From the IMG/VR virus record IMGVR_UViG_3300032232_001117, positions 1 through 58,649 of that record: a stretch of 58,649 nucleotides of DNA; one strand, written 5' to 3'. Numbering within the stretch: position 1 is the first letter of the stretch; each line of letters opens with the position of its first letter. A model generated the notes under the pieces. The model searched no databases. It saw nothing but the letters and a program-made list of their open reading frames with translations, and was not told the DNA's origin. Shown here in pieces: positions 20,801-27,742 of the stretch. This stretch comes from a virus. Taxonomy: Duplodnaviria; Caudoviricetes. The translations under genes were made by a program, and so were the position numbers.

Positions 20801-22174
20801 GCACTCAAGGAGGACGGTTCACCACTTGAGTCCCGTCCTAGTGGATTTGCATCACAAAGCAGACGTTCTATTGACCGTGTGAAACCAGAAGTACGTGACG
20901 AGATAGCAATTGCTGATGCCGTACACCTTTCCCCAAACAAGAAAACTTCTAAACCAGCAGGGTTTGCCTCAAGGGCAGTGGACTTCAAACAGGGTACGCA
21001 TAATATTGAAGTTAAAGACAATGCACCAGAAGCAGACATGTTTACTGCTGACGATAAAGGTCGGACTATCCAGGTGTACGTGCCAGAAGGCGTAGAGGTT
21101 ATAAACCCACGAACAGGCAAAAAGATGATTCTTGACTCACCTGATGCTTCAACAGAATTTGTTGCTGACGGTGGCAACTTATCTGAAGTTCCAGATGTGC
21201 ATTTGAATTCAGCCATCCTCAACAATGCAGAAGATGTTCCTGGAGAACGCAGAAGCGGATGGAGATTCTCAAAACCAGGCGGAAGATTTGAGTGGGTAGG
21301 TGGCGGAGGAGGCGCAACTGGGATGATGCGTCTTAGGGATAGAACAACAAAGGCTTTATTCGGCATAAAGTTTGAGGCCTCATTTATGGCACCAGAAGAC
21401 GATAGGTATGGAGAATGGACATCACCAATTCCAATTACCGACTCCAGCGCTGCTGACGCTCCAGAAGGAATAATAAACGAGGTTGTTGGTCAAGCAGTAC
21501 TTCAAGCGCTTGGCTTTGAGCCCGGGGCAACAAGAATAGTCAAGAGAAGTCCTCGTGGTGCTGGGGACAAAAATGGCGGAGCATCGATGCTAGTGGATTT
21601 TGTTCAAAATAGACACGGGAGAGTACGTGACGCTGACGACTATGCGCCTATGGCTGTACGAAAAGAATCAGCAATAAGAATGCTCCTTCTTGATGCAATA
21701 CTTGGAAATAGAGACAGAAATCCAAATAACTTTTTAACATCTATTCAGAGTGACGGAACAAGGGTTATCGTCCCCATAGACCACGGAGCCATCATGGCTA
21801 GAAGGTTGAATCAGTTTGATTTGAGAGGGGCAGTTTCTTCACAGATAGGATGGAACGCTATTGAGTACGAGAAGATTCTTGATGATATGACGCGAGCAGA
21901 ATTGATAGCAATCATGCCCGGCATTCTTGCTGACTACAGAGCCGACATAGAACAAAAGAAAACAGATATCGTAAAGGCAATGAATGAAGCGGTCGACAAA
22001 CTGATTTCGCTTCACGAAGAAGGTGAATGGCCTGATATGGAATACCTTGAAAAACTATATGAAGAATACGACAATAGGCTTAAGCCGGTTTTTTCAAGAC
22101 TAGATGAAGTAGCGTCAATGTCAGATGAGGACTTTTTGGACTTGTTTAAATATTTAAGATTTGGATACAAATAA
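11882..22174 (+). CDS. Giant multidomain (polyvalent) protein, ~3430 aa: 3 HExxH metallopeptidase modules, ART-like module, 2 H[DE]xxGH modules, C-terminal HipA/PI3K-like kinase
   Basis: HEYGH 12662, HEFGH 13673 and HEWSH 14936, each with a downstream Y...P.E..AE; HDLWGH 19355 and HEAVGH 20456; DAILGNRDRNPNN...IDHG at 21692-21787; leaderless ATG at 11882. Confidence 0.85.
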   Translation: MPFSYDIYPDESSRAKRRLQAHSSEGIEVKALGSNLGQIARGQAVYDPNAYDGDGDGVVQDSTPFERPAVLSNIASLTRGLASATGRWGDDYQNWTAGKTNEEIAEVVVPDNPADLLSYIAIHASTHGLPRIYASVDDLLSQTRQSLLGVDLSPETVANTRKLLVDTLNNNPQMRELIDRFGIPPIVTRKNKPEVSGAMTQHMLMFLSKEGIDQYTDGKRRGKGSMDTSVLSRLFGDDIDKLSDLLPDFVSDKTMESTFVHEYGHYLFSYASYNHPDPEVREMLYVINNSPWKWLSDPDNINRYDLPEEWYDLATLLTSGHTDIDPDDEYNIEDYVKPNGIVPPSKYALTSPSEMVAELFAESILEPRTDNRNTEILQTLTGRKTTDKGFASVTLPGTRWFDDKSIEDIVDAVVPSTPEKAREELEAWSQWMFDLSGPGYFDVDTEGMTPSEKVNLELKRLKFHIDKKMAGNYNRVLRKARRYKGEVKPEEVFDFSEEALMGLRNMVSEALNNSPEFLSHVRDFGMPPLFVTKGEIVPGAIFNGSTGALFITMNKLSLDPTPLENPDDARAGKGRKLAGTEWYLESNGNWKPESVLFHEFGHFVNYLSSNLHPDRETRYLAMWYWRMSWGEGNGWRMKRKWKKFRKENPGYNYDAADKRWLQVEEIRDAINSSGALDWENGPPHVLSEYGQQNPAETFAEGYAAWVSGDAEQMARVSPALVNDIKKHVTFPTREEATTEVDMTQAMERPKGFASLKIKRNEDGTRDLAAALDGSSPSPLDGSNWLKDATPREIAQAIVPRTREDAVNLMLMNLLAGNRNPDAITMAAMRSILSKMLDTDIFDFSPEGISQMEKWIEKALDESPQFLWQVRRFGSLPMIPTDRNAVRKYRDALENGTPIPILSMNGARTEAITYPFTNTNYNLTAEQELMETLYSGSVANPGIMGYCVGSLFMVMNMHHREWRGIWDPQKSPPPKFGRTRRVLMGVGKTPGEQRPFPAYDKYGRLLVSNFGTSLEGTIIHEWSHGWFSSLFGPKQGLAIIPDIRDEVARKSRIMNPGTILDKNDLYQFGGKRDDRYAYFFPDLSRDEAEARVEFAKEFLSPWSLTIIPVLESPRDASLLIHFMQMAVSKTQSVYGPGSPEVAEITQRMNDYGQELMNRGFQRIRALTNAANVPIDAFAHQIGVDPNDPDQMQNMAMFYGYEPGINQDTWQGLAQDFPDIFGDPSLPFSTLAGQYAQKNPQETWAELNIQMAQPDSDYRDEYITPELRAALLYVLGEHGNPFDTNITNIPWETRGGFASRTKKVEHARATVIKRSSNTLGNVVSSRSTIDNRALRVVKSTRDERGHTRFEIGDYTFTIPGDSFMPDLSSAYTEWASESHYGIQQMSRMMMGVQKSRKNPLTMPGNAEINVISSGRPVTELDERMLSSIRSTATKTNRILDEIRDGDSYSSMPLYHAVNAVEQDSDILSASIGDTISMPLSSFSPNFINPDMVTNRGGGDGSAVIKLSMGAKVMESNLLENTNRNGEWRDVPIESITGGKFKVISRDERNGIPVIEIEHTDIFDTTSGEWVNVDPNDAMSSIRYEVLTDRGIKKLEKLNKRRTILGEENPEYGKITEEIDAVANDVVRSMFGGNTDPVLPVLGMSREDRMKFEEQMDFLSAIPVSSMDKRGLPGFASVSDANMAFSRRITPERRVTKSAIRMLQENREYIADRMIPGTNREILDDVWVDKMLDKLNNGEITHADGMNIMNVIMDLIGDRIKRDPSSRDATDGDVYHYQKLGKRLRRAMTAEITREETLNLSKASGFASTSSRTNTKISEPFNPTVISTEASDAEWGQFESSRTIVQAVVYDIDGEKVVFGVEERHGLDTTGIKVIPLNPYEITELDRDSEEGQEMALDWLYANLAAYEDADYNNRNDTEISALLYSATKGDKESKKKFKEYAEKGREIAQQRRQEALDEESKRIDSRMSDPQVAWDVKYMQERLAYTRKKKKDGYVSAPSKEEIDDAKITPDNLVLVRWSEFPPEYDADGNVILQPASEYVAVDRQTMHFTLNHSVEEHMFWNDGDGEGYLIMTTLGDVLEANGTESLDNLYGVDTYFTPKPGEGLKLPKSKVIKVSKGEDRKAITARVVEEEFDSFAVTGGPHYTGTAGFDDTVRIVARDLGIVPGGLHANRPHHLLEQMNNYLSDSGSKERDLRPEKNNSGPYVEDIAEMEKNALLRLADRKHAPWSGVNESRVANPKGSLASVSRSRTRADERLASLNNAEEIKVIDSVQKRIGFASRTDAVNPRGRTVEEVAKELELTEEEKRILAKFLPNFDNVEDYQFHPSITPEQKRKIIDSIRIRVDDGIPYITIDGNPFLMDEIPDKRDWSTVLAPSDEQIKTVSDLLLKLGRQAGFSTFERPNNLGFTLEEEDRAREHIKLNIVAFSQWAMDLYREIGNKYPVLDDSTLERSNFPDVPGGMIHYTGMGLYFNALSGLLQRGILDYYGEEDFLNAHDLWGHIATGRSFDRHGEWANALAMWSMMDRWAKENNISESDLIRTKLRWMTGLEFNRFSFRNFAEIPEDMTDAERIELQTSVYRVLNNGMATDDEIKEVLALLDHGRVAQSENAKKLTDATEGEKAEIVKTDVVRTTLLDRTKKRLGFASASNTRRIVDMDLGDSGSETGEVIAEKMGLTGKAARIAKEAFQRTLESISNGTFRKYKMAKGVDEHKSRLLDSIRIVISADDVPMIMADPHPVFFRLLTDRRDWSKIEIPSNATINEFVKRLKEGNNPLARRGNQQRTDENTGYQKFNKWAFEKLLPLINATERQEYGERPNPGELDLDDELMVLSGNESWASLYIGSLFDGESAIGNSLIEAFDALHEAVGHVAIGRGFDRHGEYANALAVLSLFRQPELQELLTKGEIQKLLGKIMADYLAGPIGLATREQSNVLEDALNAANHDIKMSPTGELMQLITDYEGDLFELIDLLESEIDKTPALKEDGSPLESRPSGFASQSRRSIDRVKPEVRDEIAIADAVHLSPNKKTSKPAGFASRAVDFKQGTHNIEVKDNAPEADMFTADDKGRTIQVYVPEGVEVINPRTGKKMILDSPDASTEFVADGGNLSEVPDVHLNSAILNNAEDVPGERRSGWRFSKPGGRFEWVGGGGGATGMMRLRDRTTKALFGIKFEASFMAPEDDRYGEWTSPIPITDSSAADAPEGIINEVVGQAVLQALGFEPGATRIVKRSPRGAGDKNGGASMLVDFVQNRHGRVRDADDYAPMAVRKESAIRMLLLDAILGNRDRNPNNFLTSIQSDGTRVIVPIDHGAIMARRLNQFDLRGAVSSQIGWNAIEYEKILDDMTRAELIAIMPGILADYRADIEQKKTDIVKAMNEAVDKLISLHEEGEWPDMEYLEKLYEEYDNRLKPVFSRLDEVASMSDEDFLDLFKYLRFGYK

Positions 22175-22941
22175 TGTCATCAAAGTATTATTTTCTTATT
22201 GGTCCCAACTCCGTTGACTCCAGTGCCCCGTCAACTCTTTTTATCTATGAAACAGAAAACAATGACACAGAGGGTGAGTACACTGTCTACCATAGGGACG
22301 AAAATCTTCAGAACTATTGGGAAAAGTGGTTAGAACAGGACTACTTTACTCCTTCCCAGTTTGTAAACCGATTTGGATACAGTGCTGTTGACGCTGGTCC
22401 ACTTAAAGACGAGGGCCACTTCCAAGAACTACTCATAGAAGCAGGCATTGTCAATAGAGACACAGTCAAGGGCAAGGTGCTGGCATGGGTAGACACAACT
22501 ACAAAAGACTTCCTATCAAACGCGCCTGATATTGACTTCAAAGAAGGCGGCTACACCAAGCCCGAACTTCGTGAGCGCATCAAGAACAGAATTATGGCTG
22601 GTGACAAAGGCGGAAACCCGGGGCAGTGGTCCGCCAGAAAAGCACAGTTGCTCGCTCTTGAGTACCGAAAAGCAGGTGGGGGCTACACGGGTAAGCCCAG
22701 AAAGATACAGCGTTCGCTCAAAAAGTGGACCAGAGAGAAATGGACCACATCAGATGGCAAACCAGCGATTCGTAAAGGTGGCACTCGGAGGTATCTCCCT
22801 GCTAGTGCTTGGTCTCGTCTTACGCCTGCTCAGAGGTCAGCGACGAATAGAAAGAAAGTCCAAGGAAGTAATCAGGGCAATCAATTCGTTGGAAATACAG
22901 AGAAGGCTAAGAACGCGGGAAGAAACGCTAGAAAGAGTTAG
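22174..22941 (+). CDS. Phage protein with C-terminal DUF5872-like domain
   Basis: YTKPELRERIK...GGNPGQWSARKAQLLA.EY..AGGGY...SLKKWT.EKW...RYLP. Confidence 0.75.
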   Translation: MSSKYYFLIGPNSVDSSAPSTLFIYETENNDTEGEYTVYHRDENLQNYWEKWLEQDYFTPSQFVNRFGYSAVDAGPLKDEGHFQELLIEAGIVNRDTVKGKVLAWVDTTTKDFLSNAPDIDFKEGGYTKPELRERIKNRIMAGDKGGNPGQWSARKAQLLALEYRKAGGGYTGKPRKIQRSLKKWTREKWTTSDGKPAIRKGGTRRYLPASAWSRLTPAQRSATNRKKVQGSNQGNQFVGNTEKAKNAGRNARKS

Positions 22942-23113
22942 AGCCTGACTTCTTCTTTGATTTACCAAGCACCTTTGCTATCAGGGTGAGGGTGAAAATC
23001 TGATTAGCATGTTTCTCTAGTAAAACTTCGTGTTGCTTTACTGTCTTTACTAAGTACAGGTTTAATACTATCGACAATGTTAGTAAAAAGCAAATAATGA
23101 TGGTCATGTTCAC
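22928..23113 (-). CDS. Small membrane protein
   Basis: N-terminal hydrophobic helix; AGGAGG RBS. Confidence 0.6.
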   Translation of the reverse strand: MNMTIIICFLLTLSIVLNLYLVKTVKQHEVLLEKHANQIFTLTLIAKVLGKSKKKSGSNSF

Positions 23114-23132
23114 CTCCTAGGGGTGATGAATT

Positions 23133-23321
23133 CTACCATCTACCTATCGGGCAGGATTCCATCTCGTACTCAACCTTGGTGAGTAGGAAGCATCCGCACA
23201 ACTTGCAGGTCTTTTTCCACTTCTTCATGTATGGGCATTTTTTACAAGCCGCATACCGATAAGAGGCAACCTTTAGCGAGACCTTCTTGGGTCCCGTCTC
23301 TAACGAAGTCTCGTCCCGCAT
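23133..23321 (-). CDS. Cys-rich DUF6171-like protein
   Basis: R...CKKC...CKLCGCFL..K...CPIGRW; start uncertain. Confidence 0.6.
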   Translation of the reverse strand: MRDETSLETGPKKVSLKVASYRYAACKKCPYMKKWKKTCKLCGCFLLTKVEYEMESCPIGRW

Positions 23322-23611
23322 TGTAAACAGAACTCCGACCACGGGTAGTAGCGACGCATATTGATTGGGTGTGGACAATCCAAAGTGTCTCCAACAAACT
23401 TGTTGACAGAATCACGAATCATCTGAGACATTGTCTTACCGACAGTCTCTGAAGCCTGCTTCCAGCGCTCTCTATCAGCCTCGGTGAGACGCACGAGGAC
23501 TGTCTTGTCGGCAGGGCCAGTCTCTGGTGACAACTCTGCGGAGATAGACGTACCAGTAGCAACTTCTCTTGCGAGAGCCGCTTCCATGTTGTTTTGGTCA
23601 TCACTGCTCAT
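23300..23611 (-). CDS. Ribbon-helix-helix protein with C-terminal Zn ribbon
   Basis: VLVRLTEADRERWKQAS...KTMSQMIRD; C.H...CLQC. Confidence 0.7.
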   Translation of the reverse strand: MSSDDQNNMEAALAREVATGTSISAELSPETGPADKTVLVRLTEADRERWKQASETVGKTMSQMIRDSVNKFVGDTLDCPHPINMRRYYPWSEFCLQCGTRLR

Positions 23612-24218
23612 CGATTACTTCCGCATCCATAATGTCGTCACTTTTTGCCTGCTGTAGTATCCCCATGACAGTAGCAGATGGGAGTACGCCAGAAGAACCC
23701 ATGATTTCTAGCAGTTTTCTTGCTTCGGTTTCAGGGTCAAAGGCGTCGATAGCGGCGGGACTCTGCGCTGCACCGGCAAGGGTTGCATTGATTGTCGTCT
23801 CACTGCTTCTGATATCTATGTTGACGTTGGTGCCGCCACTACTCATTTCCATTCCAAGTAGTTTTGTTCGTCTGTCAATGATTGATAGAACCTGTTGGAC
23901 TGCCTTCATGTCAGGCTCCACCGCAACTTCCGTTCCGTCATCCATCTTTACCTTACGATGCTGAGTCATGGGCCAGATTGCCGACTGAAGGTTGTCCAGA
24001 CGCTCCAGTTCCATCCGTAAGACCTCTGGATAGGCGAGGAGGGCTTCTTTGTTCATCTTCTCTAATTGGCGTCTTACAGCCTGATTGACGCCGCTTGTGG
24101 ACATCTCGAATCTTCTTGCGATTTCATGGGTGGATACACCAGCCTGTCGCATTTTGAACACACGAAGGTCTCTCTCTGCGAGGAACTCTCTCGTCATGAC
24201 CTTATTTTGTTTGCTCAT
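23601..24218 (-). CDS. Terminase small subunit-like HTH protein
   Basis: MRQAGVSTHEIA HTH followed by ELERLD.L...W...AV..VL.IIDRR.KLLG, as in actinophage TerS-like proteins. Confidence 0.6.
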   Translation of the reverse strand: MSKQNKVMTREFLAERDLRVFKMRQAGVSTHEIARRFEMSTSGVNQAVRRQLEKMNKEALLAYPEVLRMELERLDNLQSAIWPMTQHRKVKMDDGTEVAVEPDMKAVQQVLSIIDRRTKLLGMEMSSGGTNVNIDIRSSETTINATLAGAAQSPAAIDAFDPETEARKLLEIMGSSGVLPSATVMGILQQAKSDDIMDAEVIDEQ

Positions 24219-25945
24219 CTATTCACCTTAGCAAACTCCATCACTTCAAACGGAAACAATTTGCCTCTCCTCATTTTAGTTGGGAATGGGCGTTCATCAC
24301 GAGCACCTCGGAAATGGCGCACATCATAGACGTGAGGTCCACCGCCTGTGAGGTCTGGAGTGAGGGCAATACCGAACTCGGGCCAACGGGACCACACAGC
24401 GGAGCCAAACGGACGCATCTGCCTGTTAGTCATACTCTCTCCCAATGGAGCGTGATGCTCTAACCACAGTGCGCACTTGTAAACGTCACGAACATGGTCT
24501 AAGTAACGGGCGACTTCTACTGCAACAGACTCGGATGTGCGACCACCTGGGTCAATAAATGCTTTATACAGAGGCCCCATGACGAGGAGTTCTGGTTTTG
24601 CTTCCTCAATAGCCGTCTCTAATATCATTCTGTCCTCTGCTTTCATGAGGTCCAGTCCCGATGGCTTCACCAGCAGTTGAGCAGTGGGTTTAGTTGTGTA
24701 TCCCCTGTCCAATGCCGTATTGAGGATTGATGATGCTGTACGACGAATGATGCGCTCTGGGTTTTCCAAGTCAACAGTCAGTGTTCTGATTTGTTTCATC
24801 TTTTGATAAGTAAACGGGTTGATGCCACAACCCGAGAGGATTGCTACTTGTCGTGCAAGCATTGTTTTACCAACACCTTCGGCTGCAACAACGATTACTC
24901 GTTCGCCACGCTCAAGAATGTCTTCAATTACCCAGTCGTATGAGTCATCGGTACTTTCGTTGATGAATGAATCCCAATCAACCAAGCGACCGAAGTCAAC
25001 TGGCTTGTCCCTAGAAGCGAGGAGGGCAATGTCCTGTGCCTTGACAAGAACTTGCTGTGGCGTGAGGTCTGTTCTAACAAGTAAAGCCTCTAACTTTGTT
25101 CTCGCTTGAGAGAAGGCGTCGCTCGTTGGCGGGACCGCCACGGGTTCTACTGCCGGCGATGGGGTTGGTTTATCCATCTCTAGTGCAAGGAAGTCATCAA
25201 GTGAACCACCCATTGCAAGGTACTCAGTTACATCTTTGCCTTTTGGTGCGACCCAAATGTTCGCTACGCAACCAGCCTTTGTCAACTCTGACAGCACGAG
25301 TTTTGCGTGAGCGATTCCTGGCTCGTCATTGTCTGCAATGATTTCTACTTCGGCTCCTGCAAGTGCTTCTGTATGAATGTCAAGCCACTTACCAGCCCCG
25401 CCCGGCATTGTTGTTGCGATGATTCCTATTTCAATGAGAGTGTCGGCGTCTTTCTCTCCCTCAACAACCCAGATTGGATAGCCACCTGCTACTCCTTGCT
25501 TCACTGCTGGAAGGTTGTAAAGAATCTTTGGTGTATCGCCTAGCGCATAAACCCATCCACCTTGACCATCAGGCTTGCGTTGACGAAATGTTTTCTTGCC
25601 ATCAGCGTCTATGTAACGAAGTTTTTGGAACAGTAACTCACCGCTCTCATCAATATAGTCGTATGTCTTGACCAAGTCAAGTTTTGCTTTAGTGTTATTT
25701 GTACGTTTTTGTGGGGGGAACAAAGCGGCGAGTGTTACGCCAGCAGATTCACATATTTCTTTTGTGCTGCACGGGGAGCCCCGATGGCACGTGACAAGAA
25801 TGTTTCCTGTCTTTGCGTCTTCTGAAATAGAAAGAGATGGATTGTCGTCATCGTTCCTGCATGGACAGCGTGCTTCCCAACCGTTAGGTGTATCCCTTAC
25901 TCCATTGAGCCGAGAGAGAAACTCGTCAGTATGCAGATGCGTCAT
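24215..25945 (-). CDS. DNA primase-helicase (Zn finger + TOPRIM + RepA-like SF4 ATPase)
   Basis: ARCPC...PSLS...CH; VEGEKDAD, ADNDEPG, KGKD; Walker A-like AAEGVGKT. Confidence 0.9.
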   Translation of the reverse strand: MTHLHTDEFLSRLNGVRDTPNGWEARCPCRNDDDNPSLSISEDAKTGNILVTCHRGSPCSTKEICESAGVTLAALFPPQKRTNNTKAKLDLVKTYDYIDESGELLFQKLRYIDADGKKTFRQRKPDGQGGWVYALGDTPKILYNLPAVKQGVAGGYPIWVVEGEKDADTLIEIGIIATTMPGGAGKWLDIHTEALAGAEVEIIADNDEPGIAHAKLVLSELTKAGCVANIWVAPKGKDVTEYLAMGGSLDDFLALEMDKPTPSPAVEPVAVPPTSDAFSQARTKLEALLVRTDLTPQQVLVKAQDIALLASRDKPVDFGRLVDWDSFINESTDDSYDWVIEDILERGERVIVVAAEGVGKTMLARQVAILSGCGINPFTYQKMKQIRTLTVDLENPERIIRRTASSILNTALDRGYTTKPTAQLLVKPSGLDLMKAEDRMILETAIEEAKPELLVMGPLYKAFIDPGGRTSESVAVEVARYLDHVRDVYKCALWLEHHAPLGESMTNRQMRPFGSAVWSRWPEFGIALTPDLTGGGPHVYDVRHFRGARDERPFPTKMRRGKLFPFEVMEFAKVNR

Positions 25946-26295
25946 CGTTTAGCCGCTTGCTCCATAAGAAAGTCTCCACCGTTTGCATCACGCAATCCGA
26001 CTCCTTTGAAAACAATACGCCCCTCACGCCCCAGATTCAATTTTCGGGACCAGCGAAGTTGCGCGCGTTCTTGCTCATCCAAACCTCCCCAAATACCCCA
26101 AGGCTCCCACTCAAGTGAGTATTCAAGACACTCCTGTCGACAAACACATGTTTTACAAATCGCTTTTGCCATCAAAGTATTTTTTCTAAGTTCTGCAACT
26201 TCTTCCCGTTTACCAGTTTTTTGTAGAGGGAACCACCATTCGGTATCTCCACCCTTGCAAGCCCCGTTCTCTGGCGAAAAAATACCTTGTTCCAT
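25942..26295 (-). CDS. whiB: WhiB-family transcription factor
   Basis: C...AKAICKTCVCRQECLEY...GIWGGL...ER. Confidence 0.92.
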   Translation of the reverse strand: MEQGIFSPENGACKGGDTEWWFPLQKTGKREEVAELRKNTLMAKAICKTCVCRQECLEYSLEWEPWGIWGGLDEQERAQLRWSRKLNLGREGRIVFKGVGLRDANGGDFLMEQAAKR

Positions 26296-26714
26296 TAGCG
26301 CTCCTTGTTGCTTGCAATTCTTCTCACATCTTTTTCTGTGAGGAATACCGTTGCGTATCGCACACGAAGATTACCACCGTCATCGACAGTTACAACATCT
26401 ACTGAATCAATTGGTACACCAAATTTTGATGCGATAGTTGCTTGTGCTAAATAAATTTCTGTTTCTGCTGTTGCCATTTCATCATCTGTTACATCAGAGA
26501 TTCTTGCTGGCGATGCGACTGATTTCATTTCAATAACACGTGAGTCAATTCTCAAACATGCAACACACGCAAGTTTGGGTGAGGCAGATGCCCTCGGTCG
26601 TGTTTCCATGTGACCACAAGAAAGTATGTGCATGTATTGGACATGACCCCAGTTACCTATGCGTCTAATTTCAAGTACGTCACGACGCGGGGCTTTGCGA
26701 TGTTCTGTCGTCAT
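26295..26714 (-). CDS. Hypothetical protein with Zn ribbon
   Basis: LSCGH...CVAC. Confidence 0.65.
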   Translation of the reverse strand: MTTEHRKAPRRDVLEIRRIGNWGHVQYMHILSCGHMETRPRASASPKLACVACLRIDSRVIEMKSVASPARISDVTDDEMATAETEIYLAQATIASKFGVPIDSVDVVTVDDGGNLRVRYATVFLTEKDVRRIASNKER

Positions 26715-26730
26715 AAGTCATACAATAACA

Positions 26731-26760
26731 AAACCCCACCTGGTAATCCAAGTGGGGCTT
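26731..26760 (-). terminator. Intrinsic terminator after ssb
   Basis: AAACCCCAC...GTGGGG hairpin; U-tract on the minus strand. Confidence 0.6.
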
Positions 26761-26790
26761 CATTAGTTAGCACTTGCAAGTGCTTGTTAA

Positions 26791-27219
26791 CTAAAACGGT
26801 TCGTCTGCTGGAACTGTTTCTTTCGTGCGCTTTGGTCCTGACTTCGCTGAGTCTCCACCTTGCTGTGCCTTACGGCGTTCTACTGATTCAAGAGCACCAG
26901 TACGAATACCGATGTCCATTGCCTTCACTTCAACGGTTGAGCGCTTTGCACCCTCTTTGTCTTCCCATGAACGCTGGTCAAGAGTCCCGACCACAATCAC
27001 TCCCATGCCCTTTTCAAGGACATTCGCTGAGTTCTCTGCTACATAACCCCATGCAACGATGTTGAAGTATGCAGTCTTTTCGACCTTCTCGCCTGCTTGA
27101 TTGACGTAGTTGTCATTCACTGCTACCGAGAAAGTAAGTTGTGCCTTACCACCCGTTGTGAATTTCAATTCAGGGTCACTGGTTAGGTTCCCTACTAATG
27201 TTGTCGGCGTAATTGCCAT
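26791..27219 (-). CDS. ssb: Single-stranded DNA-binding protein
   Basis: LVGNLTSDPELKFT, KGMGVIVVGTL.QRSWEDKEG.KRS, acidic C-terminus DEPF. Confidence 0.95.
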   Translation of the reverse strand: MAITPTTLVGNLTSDPELKFTTGGKAQLTFSVAVNDNYVNQAGEKVEKTAYFNIVAWGYVAENSANVLEKGMGVIVVGTLDQRSWEDKEGAKRSTVEVKAMDIGIRTGALESVERRKAQQGGDSAKSGPKRTKETVPADEPF

Positions 27220-27253
27220 GATTATGTCTCCGTGTTTCTTTTTGAATCCGACA

Positions 27254-27285
27254 GGTTGCAGACTACAGGCTTACATGGCATAATG
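27254..27285 (+). promoter_or_regulatory. Outlying copy of the 32-bp phage promoter element
   Basis: GGTTGC-N10-CTTACATGG-CATAAT-G, leaderless ATG at 27291. Confidence 0.75.
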
Positions 27286-27290
27286 CAAAC

Positions 27291-27566
27291 ATGCAAGATA
27301 AATTTGAAGTACGCCTAATGGCTATTGGACACATGGCACGGATGCTGTTAGAGATGGCGCAGATTGACTTCGGGTCGCTCACGGAAGCACAGGAGGCTGA
27401 ATTGCTTGAGGATTACGAGGATGTTGCCACCCATATCGTTGATTCAATGGGCTTTGAGCCGGGGCCATCAGAAGATGGGGTCAGTTTCAGTGCGCAATTC
27501 ACCATTCAAGACCCTGAAAAATACATCAGAAAATTATTGGCTGAAGAGTCCTCCGCAAACCCTTGA
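27291..27566 (+). CDS. Acidic hypothetical protein
   Basis: Starts directly after a promoter element. Confidence 0.7.
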   Translation: MQDKFEVRLMAIGHMARMLLEMAQIDFGSLTEAQEAELLEDYEDVATHIVDSMGFEPGPSEDGVSFSAQFTIQDPEKYIRKLLAEESSANP

Positions 27567-27742
27567 TACGCAAGGGCTACAGAAGACGAACTCGTAAAAC
27601 CCTTGCTGGGTAAGGGTTTCCTTTAGGTAGACAACCCGCCCCTTAGGGGGTAAAATGGTATTACTCAGTTATCACTGACGACGACATAGGCAAGCGCTTG
27701 TTATCTGCTTGTTGCCCTATCCGCCGAGCACAGGAGAAACCC

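Noticed and set aside
12397-21366. Numerous minus-strand ORFs inside the giant gene
   Set aside because: Ser/Leu/Phe-rich antisense shadows with no motifs or start signals.
26767-26790. CIRCE element (TTAGCACT...)
   Set aside because: The palindrome AGCACTTGCAAGTGCT lacks the 9-bp spacer and the second arm of CIRCE, and it lies downstream of ssb.
27620-27742. c-di-AMP (ydaO) riboswitch upstream of the Rpf-like gene
   Set aside because: The leader can fold, but I could not find the conserved ydaO sequence blocks.
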